From Candidatus Eiseniibacteriota bacterium (GTDB lineage: Bacteria > Eisenbacteria > RBG-16-71-46), in NCBI GenBank assembly GCA_038231135.1, contig JBBRLX010000002.1, forward strand, positions 186,556-250,555: a DNA stretch of 64,000 nt, in the 5' to 3' direction. The notes below the pieces were generated by a model, which worked only from the letters and a program-made list of their open reading frames with translations, had not been told where the DNA came from and made no database searches. Position numbers and translations under genes: made by a program. This document shows, piece after piece, positions 19,337-28,951 of this stretch. Position 1 is the stretch's first letter; each line of letters starts with the position of its first letter.

Positions 19337-21391
19337 CTACAGCACCTCGATGGGATCGACGTCGACACGCATACGCACGCCGCGCTTGCCGGCCCGGGCC
19401 TCGAAGTGGTCGAGGGCGCGCGCCGCCAGCTGCCGCAGCGCGCGCGCATCGGCGCTCTTGAGCAGGATGTGCCAGCGGAACTGCCCGCGCAGCCGGGTGA
19501 ACGCATGCGGCGCCGGCCCCAGCACGCGCACGCCCGTCGCGGCAGCCTCCGCAGGCGCCGCCGAGTCCTCCGTCGCCGCATCGAGCTCCGCGCCGGCAGG
19601 ATCGACGCGCAGGAACTCCGCGACTTCTCCCGCCACCGCCTCGACGTGCGACTCGTCCGTGCCCGCGAACATCAGGCTGATGAGCCGCACGTAGGGCGGG
19701 TACCCGGCGTCGCGCCGCTGGCCCAGCTCGTGCTCGAGGAACGACCGCTCGTCGTGCAGCACCGCGGCCGCGATCGCGGGATGGGCCGGCGTGACGGTCT
19801 GCACGTACACGTCGCCGGCGATGTGCCCACGGCCCGCGCGGCCCGACACCTGCACCAGCAGCTGGTAGGTGCGCTCGCCGGCGCGGAAATCGGGCAGGTG
19901 GAGCCCGACGTCGGCGTCGAGCACGCCGACCAGCGTCACGCCCGGGAAATCGAACCCCTTCGCGATCATCTGCGTGCCCACCAGGATGTCGGCGTCGCCG
20001 CTGCGGAACCGCGCGATCGCCTCCGCCGCGCGCTCACCGTCGCGCGACACGTCGGTGTCGAGCCGCACCACGCGCGCGGCCGGGAACGCCTGGGCCAGCT
20101 CCTTCTCGGCGCGCTGGGTGCCGCTGCCCGAGTACTTGAGCAGTGCGGCGCGGCACTTCGGGCACTGGGCCGTCGCGGGCTCGGCGTGGTCGCAGTAGTG
20201 GCAGCGCCAGGCGCGCGGCGTCAGGTGCAGCGTAAGCGCGATGTCGCAGTGCGGGCACTCCGGCACCCAGCCGCACGAGCGGCACTGCGTATGGTGCGAG
20301 TGCCCGCGGCGGTTGAGGAACAGCATGATCTGCTCGCGCCGCTCGAGCCGCCCGGCGATCGCGGCGCGCAGCGTGGGCGTGAGCAACCCGGCACCCGAGC
20401 CCTCGCGGCGCAGGTCGACGAGATGCACCGACGGCAGCGGCCGTCCGTCGATGCGCTCCGCGAGCCGCACGCGCTGGTACTTGCCGCGGGCCGCGTTCGC
20501 AAGCGATTCGAGGCTCGGCGTCGCCGATCCCAGCAGCACGGCGATGCCGAGCATCTGCGCCCGGCGCACCGCGGTGTCGCGGCCGTGGTAGTGCAGCCGC
20601 TCGCTCTGCTTGTAGGCGGGCTCGTGCTCCTCGTCGACGACGATCAGCCCCAGGTTCGGCAGCGGCGCGAACACCGCGGACCGCGCGCCGACCACCACGT
20701 CGAGCGCGCCGCGGCTCGCGAGCTCCCAGTTGCGCCGCCGCTCGCCCACGCCGAGATAGCTGTGCAGCAGGCCCACGCGGCCGCCGAACCGGCGCCGGAA
20801 CTCGGCGACCACCTGCGAGCTGAGCGCGACCTCCGGCACCAGCACCAGCGTCTGGCGGCCCAGCTCACGCACGGCCTGCGCCGCGCGCAGGTACACCTCG
20901 GTCTTGCCGCTCGCGGTGATGCCGTGGAGCAGGATCGGCGCGAACCCGCCGCGGGCAGCCGCGCGCTCGATCGCCGCGAGCGATGCGCGCTGGCCCGGCG
21001 TGAGCGTCACGGCATGCGTGAGCGCCAGCTTCGGCTCGCGGTCCTCGACCGCGCCGCGGCGCGCCCGGCTCTTCGCGAATCCTTCGAGGCCGCCCGGCAG
21101 CGACGCCAGCAGCACCTCGCCGATCGGAGCCAGGTAGTAGTCGGCGACCCAGCGCGCCAGCGCGAGCAGATGCGGGGCGATCGGCGCGTCGTCGAGCACC
21201 GCGGTCACATCGCGCGGGGCCTGCGCCGGGGGACGCTCATCGACTTCGAGCACGATGCCGCGGCGGGTGCGGCCGCGGAACGGCACCTGCACCTGAACGC
21301 CGGGACGGGTGCGCGCGGCGAGTTCCGGTGGGACGCGGTAGGCGAAGGTCTGCCGCAACGGCAGCGGCAGTGCCACGTGGGCGTAGGGCAT
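19337..21391 (-). CDS. priA: Primosomal protein N' (replication restart helicase)
   Basis: GITASGKTEVY, LVPE, VDEEHE, GSATPS, NRRG, four CxxC pairs, GTQMIAKGFDF, LPDFRAGE, VDVDP end. Confidence 0.96.
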   Translation of the reverse strand: MPYAHVALPLPLRQTFAYRVPPELAARTRPGVQVQVPFRGRTRRGIVLEVDERPPAQAPRDVTAVLDDAPIAPHLLALARWVADYYLAPIGEVLLASLPGGLEGFAKSRARRGAVEDREPKLALTHAVTLTPGQRASLAAIERAAARGGFAPILLHGITASGKTEVYLRAAQAVRELGRQTLVLVPEVALSSQVVAEFRRRFGGRVGLLHSYLGVGERRRNWELASRGALDVVVGARSAVFAPLPNLGLIVVDEEHEPAYKQSERLHYHGRDTAVRRAQMLGIAVLLGSATPSLESLANAARGKYQRVRLAERIDGRPLPSVHLVDLRREGSGAGLLTPTLRAAIAGRLERREQIMLFLNRRGHSHHTQCRSCGWVPECPHCDIALTLHLTPRAWRCHYCDHAEPATAQCPKCRAALLKYSGSGTQRAEKELAQAFPAARVVRLDTDVSRDGERAAEAIARFRSGDADILVGTQMIAKGFDFPGVTLVGVLDADVGLHLPDFRAGERTYQLLVQVSGRAGRGHIAGDVYVQTVTPAHPAIAAAVLHDERSFLEHELGQRRDAGYPPYVRLISLMFAGTDESHVEAVAGEVAEFLRVDPAGAELDAATEDSAAPAEAAATGVRVLGPAPHAFTRLRGQFRWHILLKSADARALRQLAARALDHFEARAGKRGVRMRVDVDPIEVL

Positions 21392-21463
21392 GGTCGGGCG
21401 CGAAGCATACCGCAGCCCGCCCCCTGCCGGCGAAAATGCGGTCTCGCGCCGGCTCGGGGGAGC

Positions 21464-21859
21464 TCAGGCCTGCATGCGCTGGCTGCTGGTCTGGCCGAGA
21501 ATCGAGTTGATGCGCTCCACCAGCTTGCGCGGGCTGAACGGCTTCGTGATGTAGTCGTCGGCGCCCACTTCAAAGCCCACTTTCTGATCCACGTTGCGGC
21601 CCTTCGCCGACAACAGGATCACCGGGATCGCCTTCGTTGCCGGATCGGCCTTGAGCATCTTGCAGGTCTCGTAGCCGTCGAGCTTGGGCATCATGATGTC
21701 GAGCACGATGAGATCGGGATGCTCGCTGTGCGCCTTCTCGAGCCCCTGCTCGCCATCGAGCGCCGTCACCACGTCGTAGCCTTCCATCCCCAGACTGAAG
21801 TCGAGAATGTGGACGATGTAGATCTCATCGTCGATCACCAGGATCTTGCCTTTTGCCAT
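21464..21859 (-). CDS. Single-domain response regulator (REC)
   Basis: LVIDDE, LDIMMP (phospho-acceptor Asp), LSA, TKPF. Confidence 0.93.
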   Translation of the reverse strand: MAKGKILVIDDEIYIVHILDFSLGMEGYDVVTALDGEQGLEKAHSEHPDLIVLDIMMPKLDGYETCKMLKADPATKAIPVILLSAKGRNVDQKVGFEVGADDYITKPFSPRKLVERINSILGQTSSQRMQA

Positions 21860-21877
21860 GTCGTTCTCACCCCCCTC

Positions 21878-24601
21878 TTAATTATTGGACGAACCGGTTC
21901 GCTCCGGTTCGGTTGCGGGTTGTTCGCCGGGCTCGCCGACGGCGAACTCGAGCGAGGACACGACCGCGGGATCGAACTGCCGGCCCGCCAGTCTGCGAAT
22001 CTCGTGCAACGCGTCCTGCGGCGGCACGGCCGCGCGGTGCGGGCGGCCGACCGTCATGCTCTCGAATGCGTCCACCACGGCCAGGATGCGGCCGCCGATG
22101 GGAATCTCGTCGTCCTTGAGTCCGCGCGGATAGCCGCTGCCGTCGAACCACTCGTGGTGCGACAGCACGATCTCGCGCACCACGCCGACGGTCTCGAGCG
22201 GCTCCAGCACGTCGGCGCCGACCTCGGGATGGCGCTCGACCGCCTCGCGCTCCTCGCGTGACAGCGATCCCGCGCTGTCGACCACCCGCTCGCCCACGTG
22301 CGACATGCCAATGTCGTGCACGCTCGCCGCGAAGCTGACCACGCCGGCGTCGGACTCGCTGAGCCCCAGGCGCCGCGCGATCGCGCACGCGAGCCGCACC
22401 CGGTTCGGCGAATGCCGCCGGCCGTGCTCCAGGTGCCGCAGCACCTCGCGCAGCGCCTCGGCGGTCGTATCGACGCTGGTCTGGCTGTGCTCCATGTCGA
22501 GGGCCTGCTGCCACGCCGCCGCCACGCGCTGCGCCAGATGCAGCAGCAGATGGCAGTCCTCGGCGTCGAACGTCTTCTGGGTATCCGGCTCCGTCACGTT
22601 CAGCACGCCGAGCAGGCCGTGTTCGCTCTCGAGCGGCACCGACAGGAACGTGCCCGACCGGTAGTGCGAGCGCTTGGCCGACGGCACCTCCTGCTGGGAC
22701 TCGAGGCCCGACACACACACCGGGCGCCGGTTCTCGGCGACCCAGCCGGCGACGCCGGTGCCGGGACGCACGCGCGCGTCGCGCACGACCTCCTCGTCGA
22801 GGCCGATCGCCGCGCGGATCACGAGGTCGCCGTCGGGCTCGGGGGTGAGCAGCGACACCACCCGCGCGCCCATCACCTCGGCGACCATCTCGATCGCGAG
22901 CTTGAGCACGTCCTCGCTGGCCGACGGCAGCCGGGGATGCGGGCGCACGACGACCCGCGGCGCGGTGCGGCGCGGCAGGAATACGTTGAAGCACGACCCG
23001 CGGCCCTCTTCGCTCTCGGCGGAGATTCGCCCGGCGTGCCAGTCGACGATGGATTTGCAGATCGCGAGGCCCAGACCCGTCCCCCCGTAGCGGCGCGCGA
23101 GCGACGAATCCACCTGATAGAACCGCTCGAACACCTTCTCCAGCGCGTCGCGGGGAATGCCGATGCCGGTGTCCTCGACCTGGAGCATCACGTCGCGATC
23201 GCCGCCCGTGAGCCGGAGCGTCACCGACCCGCCGGTGGGCGTGAATTTCACGGCGTTGCTCCCCAGGTGAAGCACCAGTTGTCGCATCTGGTCCCGGTTC
23301 GCGTCGATACGGGTATCGGCGCAATCGATCAGCAGCTTGAGATGCACCTGGCCCACCTGGGCAACGGGTTCCAGCACCGCGACGGTCTCCTCGAGCAGCT
23401 CGACGAGGTCGACGGTCTGGCGCGTGAGGTGCGCGTTGCCCGAGTCGAACCGGTTGAGATCCAGCACCGACTCGATCAGGCGGGCGAGCCGCTGGCTCTC
23501 CTCGTTGATGATCGACAGGAACCGCCGCAGCTGGGTGTGCGACAGCTCGTCCGCGGACGCGTTGAGCAGCGTCTCGGTGTAGGCGCGGATCGCGGTGAGC
23601 GGCGTGCGCAGTTCGTGCGACACCGTGCTCACGAAGTTGCTCTTGAGCGCGTGCAGCTCGTGCATGTGCTGGCCGGCCAGCTCCAGCTCGTGCGAGTGCC
23701 GCTCGAGCTCCTGGTAGAGGCGCGAGTTCTCGATCGCGACGACCGCGTGGTTGGCGTAGATCTCGAGCAGTTCCATGACCTCGCGCGACGGCACCAGCCG
23801 GTCGGCGGGATTGTCCACCGAGAAGTACGCGACCAGCTCGCCGGCATGGTTGAACAACGGCACCAGCAGCACGTCGTCCTCGTGCCATTCCCATTCCTGG
23901 CGGGCGCCCAGCGGGGTGACGTGGCCGCGCGGCAGCGTGGTGTTGAACGGGTGGCCGTGGCCGATGTAGTAGGACCGGCTGACCTTGAACTCGTCCTTGA
24001 GCCACGACATGAACTCGTCGACCGGCACCTCGGTGCGGGCCAGCGCCTCGCACGCGTCGGGTTCGAGACCCGCGAACGCGCGGGCCTGGAGCAGGCGCGT
24101 GCCCGGGTCGCGCAGCCGGATCAGCACCACCTGGAAGCCCAGGTTGTCGCGGATGTTCTGGGCCAGACTGTCGAGCATCGGGCCCAGGTCGAAGCCGGAA
24201 TTGATCTCGCGCACGCTCTCGAGGATCTGGTGCAGCTTCTGGGCGCGCTTGCGGTTCTCGGCGAGCTGCGAATAGTAGAGCTTGGACAGGCGCTGCTTGG
24301 TGCCGCGCAGCTCAGTGACCTCGGTCTCGAGCCGTTCGAATTCCTCGAGCTGCGCGCGCATCATGCCCGCGGCCTCGACCTCGGTGCGGAGCTGCTCGAT
24401 CATCAGCGCGTCCTCGCGCAGCCGCTCGAGCTCCACGCGTTCGGCCTCGGTCAGCCCCTCGTCGCCGGGCTCCTCGGCGTCGGCGCCGGGCGGCGCCACG
24501 CCGGTCTTCTTGATCTTCTGCAGCTCGCGGCGCGCGCGGTCGAGATCGGCCTTGAGCTTGATCTCGATGGTGGACGGTCCCTTCGACATGTTCTTGCGCA
24601 T
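21878..24601 (-). CDS. Hybrid signalling protein: coiled coil-GAF-HisKA-HATPase-GAF-HD-GYP
   Basis: H-box VSHELRTPL, NAVKFT, DTGIGI, GTGLGL; C-terminal VHDIG...HHEWFDGSGYP...RILAVVDAF. Confidence 0.88.
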   Translation of the reverse strand: MRKNMSKGPSTIEIKLKADLDRARRELQKIKKTGVAPPGADAEEPGDEGLTEAERVELERLREDALMIEQLRTEVEAAGMMRAQLEEFERLETEVTELRGTKQRLSKLYYSQLAENRKRAQKLHQILESVREINSGFDLGPMLDSLAQNIRDNLGFQVVLIRLRDPGTRLLQARAFAGLEPDACEALARTEVPVDEFMSWLKDEFKVSRSYYIGHGHPFNTTLPRGHVTPLGARQEWEWHEDDVLLVPLFNHAGELVAYFSVDNPADRLVPSREVMELLEIYANHAVVAIENSRLYQELERHSHELELAGQHMHELHALKSNFVSTVSHELRTPLTAIRAYTETLLNASADELSHTQLRRFLSIINEESQRLARLIESVLDLNRFDSGNAHLTRQTVDLVELLEETVAVLEPVAQVGQVHLKLLIDCADTRIDANRDQMRQLVLHLGSNAVKFTPTGGSVTLRLTGGDRDVMLQVEDTGIGIPRDALEKVFERFYQVDSSLARRYGGTGLGLAICKSIVDWHAGRISAESEEGRGSCFNVFLPRRTAPRVVVRPHPRLPSASEDVLKLAIEMVAEVMGARVVSLLTPEPDGDLVIRAAIGLDEEVVRDARVRPGTGVAGWVAENRRPVCVSGLESQQEVPSAKRSHYRSGTFLSVPLESEHGLLGVLNVTEPDTQKTFDAEDCHLLLHLAQRVAAAWQQALDMEHSQTSVDTTAEALREVLRHLEHGRRHSPNRVRLACAIARRLGLSESDAGVVSFAASVHDIGMSHVGERVVDSAGSLSREEREAVERHPEVGADVLEPLETVGVVREIVLSHHEWFDGSGYPRGLKDDEIPIGGRILAVVDAFESMTVGRPHRAAVPPQDALHEIRRLAGRQFDPAVVSSLEFAVGEPGEQPATEPERTGSSNN

Positions 24602-24617
24602 GCGGGGTGCCCTCCTG

Positions 24618-25628
24618 TCACGCCACGTTGCGACCGGTGTCGGTCGCGGAGATCTGACGGCGCCGCTCCCCCACCATCACGCTGCCCGGGATGCCCTTGC
24701 CGTGGGTCTTCAGTTCCTGGGCGATGTCGATGAGCTGGGCGAGATGCGATACCGGCATGCGGTCGGTGCTCACCAGCGCCAGCGTCAGGCTCATGAGCGG
24801 AAAGCGCTCGAGCTGGTGCAGGCGGTTGCGCACCTCGACGTAGCCGCGCTCGCGGTCGACTGCGTCGTAGAGCTGCTCCACCGCGGCCGAGAACTCCTCG
24901 ATCACGTCCTCGCCGAGCGGCTCGGCGTCGTCGGGGGTCGCGAGGATCACGAAGTCGTCGCCACCGATGTGGCCGACGAAGCTGGTGTCGCCGCCGAACT
25001 GCATGGCGGATTCGACCAGGATGCGCGCGACGGTCTTGATCGCCTCGTCGCCTCGGGCGTAGCCGTAGTGGTCGTTGAACGACTTGAAGTAGTCAACGTC
25101 GATCTGGATCAGCGCGAACGGCCCGCCGCATTCGATGCGGCGCTTGATCTCCTCGTTGATCGACAGGTTGCCCGGCAGTCCGGTGAGCGGGCTCGCCGAC
25201 CGCTGCTGGCGGCTCCACGCGAGCACGTTCTTGACCCGCAGCAGCAGCTCCGCCCGCTGCCACGGCTTCGTGAGGTAGTCGTTGGCGCCGCCCTCGAGGC
25301 CGGTGAGCTTGTCACTCATGGTGCTCTTGGCGGTGAGCATGATGATCGGGATGTGGCGGGTCATGAACGACGCGCGCAGCCGCAGGCACACTTCATAGCC
25401 GTCGAAGTGCGGCATCATCACGTCGAGCAGGATCAGGTCGGGCTGGATCCGCGCGGCCAAGTCGAGCGCCTCCTGGCCGTCGACCGCCTCCATGACCTCG
25501 TTGCCATCCGCCTCGAGCTGAAACCGGAGGATGTCCCGCAGATGCACCTCGTCCTCGGCAATCAGGATGCGGTTTTTCGGCTTGTTGCTCACGTCGTTGG
25601 TGCTCCGGGTGCTGCCAGGTGACGGCAT
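24618..25628 (-). CDS. REC-GGDEF response regulator / diguanylate cyclase (GGDDF variant)
   Basis: IAEDE, LDVMMP, TKPW; SPLTGLPGN, DVDYFKSFNDHYG, HIGGDDF; start uncertain (25628 or GTG 25592). Confidence 0.9.
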   Translation of the reverse strand: MPSPGSTRSTNDVSNKPKNRILIAEDEVHLRDILRFQLEADGNEVMEAVDGQEALDLAARIQPDLILLDVMMPHFDGYEVCLRLRASFMTRHIPIIMLTAKSTMSDKLTGLEGGANDYLTKPWQRAELLLRVKNVLAWSRQQRSASPLTGLPGNLSINEEIKRRIECGGPFALIQIDVDYFKSFNDHYGYARGDEAIKTVARILVESAMQFGGDTSFVGHIGGDDFVILATPDDAEPLGEDVIEEFSAAVEQLYDAVDRERGYVEVRNRLHQLERFPLMSLTLALVSTDRMPVSHLAQLIDIAQELKTHGKGIPGSVMVGERRRQISATDTGRNVA

Positions 25629-25680
25629 GCCAGGTCGGTCCTGCGGTCCCGGCACGGCCAGAGTTGAATCCACGACGGAG

Positions 25681-25709
25681 TTATCGGCCGGAGGGCGGCG
25701 GAAGCTGAA
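25681..25709 (-). promoter_or_regulatory. sigma28 (FliA/WhiG-type) promoter candidate TCAG-N16-GCCGATAA
   Basis: Perfect sigma28 -10 octamer at 25681-25688; weaker -35 one base off canonical spacing. Confidence 0.5.
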
Positions 25710-25740
25710 CCCGTTGTGGCAGCACGCCTAACCCCGCGCG

Positions 25741-26865
25741 TCAGCGTGGGATCGGCAGCCCGGATTCCTCGAGGGAGGCGGTCGCGTCCAGCTCCGGATC
25801 GAGCGCCACTCCCTGCATGAGCAGCCTCGCCCCGAGGTGGGCGATCATCGCCGCATTGTCGGCGCACAGCCGGGGCGACGGGATCCGCAGCACGACGTTC
25901 CGGCGCTCGCACTCCTCGCTCAGCCGGCGGCGCAGCTCGCGGTTGCAGGCGACGCCGCCGCCGAGATTCAGCGCCCGGGCGCCCGTGGACTCGAGCGCCC
26001 GCAGCGTCCTGGCCGTGAGCACGTCCACCACGGCGGCCTGGAACGAGGCCGCCACGTCGCGAACGAGCCGCGGGTCCCAGGGCGGTCCGGCCGCGTTGCG
26101 GAGCGCCGTCGCCACCGCGGTCTTGAGGCCCGAGAACGAAAAGTCGCAGCCCGGCCGGTCGAGCATCGGGCGCGGGAGGTCGAACGCCCGCGGGTCGCCA
26201 TCGGCGGCCTGCCGGTCGATCCCGGGACCGCCGGGGAACCCGAGCCCCAGCAGCTTCCCCACCTTGTCGTAGGCCTCGCCCGCGGCGTCGTCCAGCGTGC
26301 TGCCGAGCCAGCGGTAGTCGCCGAGACCGCGCACCTCGACGAGCTCCGTGTGGCCTCCCGACACCACGAGCGCCACGGCCGGCAGCGGACTCGGACCGTG
26401 CTCGACCTCGCTCGAGTGGAGGTGCGCCTCGATGTGGTTCACGCCCACGACCGGAATCCCGAGCCCGAGGCCGTAGGCGCGGGCAAACGCCACCCCAACG
26501 ACCAGCGAGCCCACGAGACCCGGGGCCCGCGTGACGGCGATCGCCGTCAGCCGGTCGGGTGGCACCTGCGCCTCCGCCAGCGCGCGCTCCACCAGCCGCG
26601 GCAGGATGTCGAGGTGCGCGCGCGATGCCAGCTCGGGCACCACGCCGCCATAGAGCCGGTGATCCTGCGCGGACACGAGGTGGGAGCGCAGCGTGGCGCC
26701 ACCCTCGAGCACCGCGACCGACGTGTCGTCGCACGACGTCTCGATGCCGAGCACGAGCTGCGCGGCACGCGGCCCGGCCCGTCGGTGCGCCGGAGCCGGG
26801 ACCGGGACGGCGACGGCGTCTGCGCGATCCGCGGCGGCGTCCGAGGGTCCCGCGTCGGAACTCAC
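25741..26865 (-). CDS. tsaD: tRNA N6-adenosine threonylcarbamoyltransferase
   Basis: LGIETSCDDT, GGVVPELASRAH, NHIEAH, VSGGHT, TLDDAAGEAYDK, FSFSGLKT, DNAAMI; GTG start overlaps the cutA stop. Confidence 0.95.
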   Translation of the reverse strand: MSSDAGPSDAAADRADAVAVPVPAPAHRRAGPRAAQLVLGIETSCDDTSVAVLEGGATLRSHLVSAQDHRLYGGVVPELASRAHLDILPRLVERALAEAQVPPDRLTAIAVTRAPGLVGSLVVGVAFARAYGLGLGIPVVGVNHIEAHLHSSEVEHGPSPLPAVALVVSGGHTELVEVRGLGDYRWLGSTLDDAAGEAYDKVGKLLGLGFPGGPGIDRQAADGDPRAFDLPRPMLDRPGCDFSFSGLKTAVATALRNAAGPPWDPRLVRDVAASFQAAVVDVLTARTLRALESTGARALNLGGGVACNRELRRRLSEECERRNVVLRIPSPRLCADNAAMIAHLGARLLMQGVALDPELDATASLEESGLPIPR

Positions 26866-27191
26866 ACGTCCTCGGGCTGCAGCTGCTGGTCGAGCCACTC
26901 CATGTAGCGTGGCGCCCCCGCCGCGACCCGCACCGCGATGCATTCCGGGACCTCGTACGGGTGGAGCTCGTGCAGCCGCGACTGGAGGGCGCTCCAATCC
27001 TGCTTGCGCGTCTTCATCAGCACCACGATCTCGCGCTCGTCCTTGACCTCGCCCTGCCAGCGATAGATCGACCGGGCGCCGGGCAGCAGGTTGCCGCAGG
27101 CGATCAGCCGCTCGTCGAGCAGCGCCCGCACCACCCGCGCGGCGTCGTCCTCGGTGCCGAACGTGGTGAACACCAGCAGCATCTCCGTCAC
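26862..27191 (-). CDS. cutA: Divalent-cation tolerance protein CutA
   Basis: LIACGN, SIYRWQG, HPYEVPE, YMEWL. Confidence 0.93.
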   Translation of the reverse strand: MTEMLLVFTTFGTEDDAARVVRALLDERLIACGNLLPGARSIYRWQGEVKDEREIVVLMKTRKQDWSALQSRLHELHPYEVPECIAVRVAAGAPRYMEWLDQQLQPEDV

Positions 27192-27255
27192 TTCGAGCCT
27201 CCCGTTGGTCCTAAGGCCTCCTGCCATGCGCGGCCGGGAAGTGTAGCATCGACGC

Positions 27256-28944
27256 ATGAATCGTGGCGGCGGCGGCGGGGGATTCCGAAGTCGGTGGCGC
27301 GTGGGAGCGGGCGCAGCCGCGATCGGCCTCTTGGCCGCGAGCGGTGGCGTGACGGCGCCCGCCGGGCACGGCACCGGCGGGCTGCCGCCAATCGTGTTCG
27401 TGTCGCGCCATCCGCTGCCCGGAGTGCCGCTGGTGCCGGGGCTCGGGCCGCATCAGCGGGCGCTGGCCCCGGGGGGCAGCCTGATGCTGCGCGACGCCGG
27501 GGGCCGGGTCCGCGAGCTGCTCCCCGCGGGCGCGCTGTGGGACTGCGCGAGCCCCGCCGTGGCGCCCGACGGCCGGCGCATCGCGTTCGCGGGCACGGCC
27601 GGTCCCGACAGCGCGTGGCGGATCTACGTAGTGAACCTCGATGGCCGCGGACTCGCCGCGGTCACCGGGCCCGCGCGCGGCTTCGAGCTGCCGCCGATGC
27701 CGGCGCTCGCCACCGACCCCGCGCTCGATCTCTCGCGGTTCGACGATCTGGAGCCGTGCTGGGTCGGCGATCACCTGCTGTGCTTCGCAAGCACGCGGTT
27801 CCCGCAGCGCGCGCAATACGCGGCGCTCAGCGTCACGAACCTGCACCTGGTGCGGGACGACGGCAGCGGACTAAGGCGCATCACCTCGGAGCGCAACGGC
27901 GCCGCCGACCCGGTCTACGACCCCGGCAGCGGGGCGATCGTCTACGCGCGCTGGTGGTTCAACCGCTGGCAGGCCGCCGTGTCGGGCGCCGTCACCACCG
28001 ACCGGGCGCGGGCGCTGCCGCGCGACTCGATCAACACCTGGCAGCTCGTCGCGATCCGGCCGAACGCGCACGGACCGAAGCTCGCCGCGGGATCGTTGAG
28101 TTCGCGGCTCGATGCCATGGGCGTCGAGCCGGCGCTGGCGCCCGACGGTGGGATCGTCGCCACCTACGCGCTCAACCTCGGCCTGTCACCGCGGCCCGGC
28201 GGCACCGGCATCCACCGGCTCGATCGCCGCGGCGGGCCGACGCGGTGGATCGCCGGGGCGATCGTGCCGGAGCACGGCGGCGATCCCTATCGCAATACGC
28301 TCGGCCTCGCTGCGCCCTCGGCGTGCGCGCCCGCGGTGCTGCCCGACGGCCGGATCCTCATGTCCTACGATCCCGGCGCGCGCGGCGACTACGGCCTGTG
28401 GATCGTGGGCCGCGACGGCGCCCCGGAGCCGCTCTACGACCGCCCGGGCAAACTCGAGCTGGACGCGGCGCCGGTGCTGGCGCGGCGGCTGCCCGGGCGC
28501 GGCTGGAGCCGGGATCCCGGCATCGCGCCCGCGGCGGAGCGCGCACTCGCGCGCGGCGACCTCGCGGACCCGGCGCTCGGCACGTTCACGTTCGACTGCC
28601 TGGACGTGTTCGCGAGCGGCGGCCTCGCCGGCGCGCCGGCGCGCGCGGCCGGACTCACACTGCGGTTCTTCGCCGCGCTGCCGCGGTTCGATCGCGCGGG
28701 CGGCGACACCGCGGTGATGCTGCGGGAGGTGCCGGTGGGCCGCCACGGCGCAATCCGTGCGACCGGCCTGCCGGCCGGGGTTCCGATGTTCGAGCAGCTC
28801 GCCGATGCCGCCGGGCATCCGCTCGTCACCGCCCACGGCCCCGCGCACGTCGCCGGTCTCAACGCCGGCACCGCGGGCACGGTGACGCGCTGCGTCGGCT
28901 GCCACACGGGGCATTCGCGATTGCCGGTGCCGCGGGGGCGGTGA
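27256..28944 (+). CDS. Secreted beta-propeller protein with HzsA-middle-domain-like C-terminus and one CxxCH motif
   Basis: PD40/TolB-like repeats (PAVAPDGRRIAFAG, PAVLPDGRILMS), LPAGVPMFEQLAD, CVGCHTGH near the C-terminus. Confidence 0.65.
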   Translation: MNRGGGGGGFRSRWRVGAGAAAIGLLAASGGVTAPAGHGTGGLPPIVFVSRHPLPGVPLVPGLGPHQRALAPGGSLMLRDAGGRVRELLPAGALWDCASPAVAPDGRRIAFAGTAGPDSAWRIYVVNLDGRGLAAVTGPARGFELPPMPALATDPALDLSRFDDLEPCWVGDHLLCFASTRFPQRAQYAALSVTNLHLVRDDGSGLRRITSERNGAADPVYDPGSGAIVYARWWFNRWQAAVSGAVTTDRARALPRDSINTWQLVAIRPNAHGPKLAAGSLSSRLDAMGVEPALAPDGGIVATYALNLGLSPRPGGTGIHRLDRRGGPTRWIAGAIVPEHGGDPYRNTLGLAAPSACAPAVLPDGRILMSYDPGARGDYGLWIVGRDGAPEPLYDRPGKLELDAAPVLARRLPGRGWSRDPGIAPAAERALARGDLADPALGTFTFDCLDVFASGGLAGAPARAAGLTLRFFAALPRFDRAGGDTAVMLREVPVGRHGAIRATGLPAGVPMFEQLADAAGHPLVTAHGPAHVAGLNAGTAGTVTRCVGCHTGHSRLPVPRGR

Positions 28945-28951
28945 GCGGCGC

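Noticed and set aside
24618..25628. Hypr-type GGDEF (3',3'-cGAMP synthase)
   Set aside because: The specificity position is Asp (YARGD), not the Ser of Hypr enzymes
27256..28944. Anammox hydrazine synthase cluster
   Set aside because: No hzsB/hzsC neighbours, only one CxxCH, and the protein is shorter than HzsA
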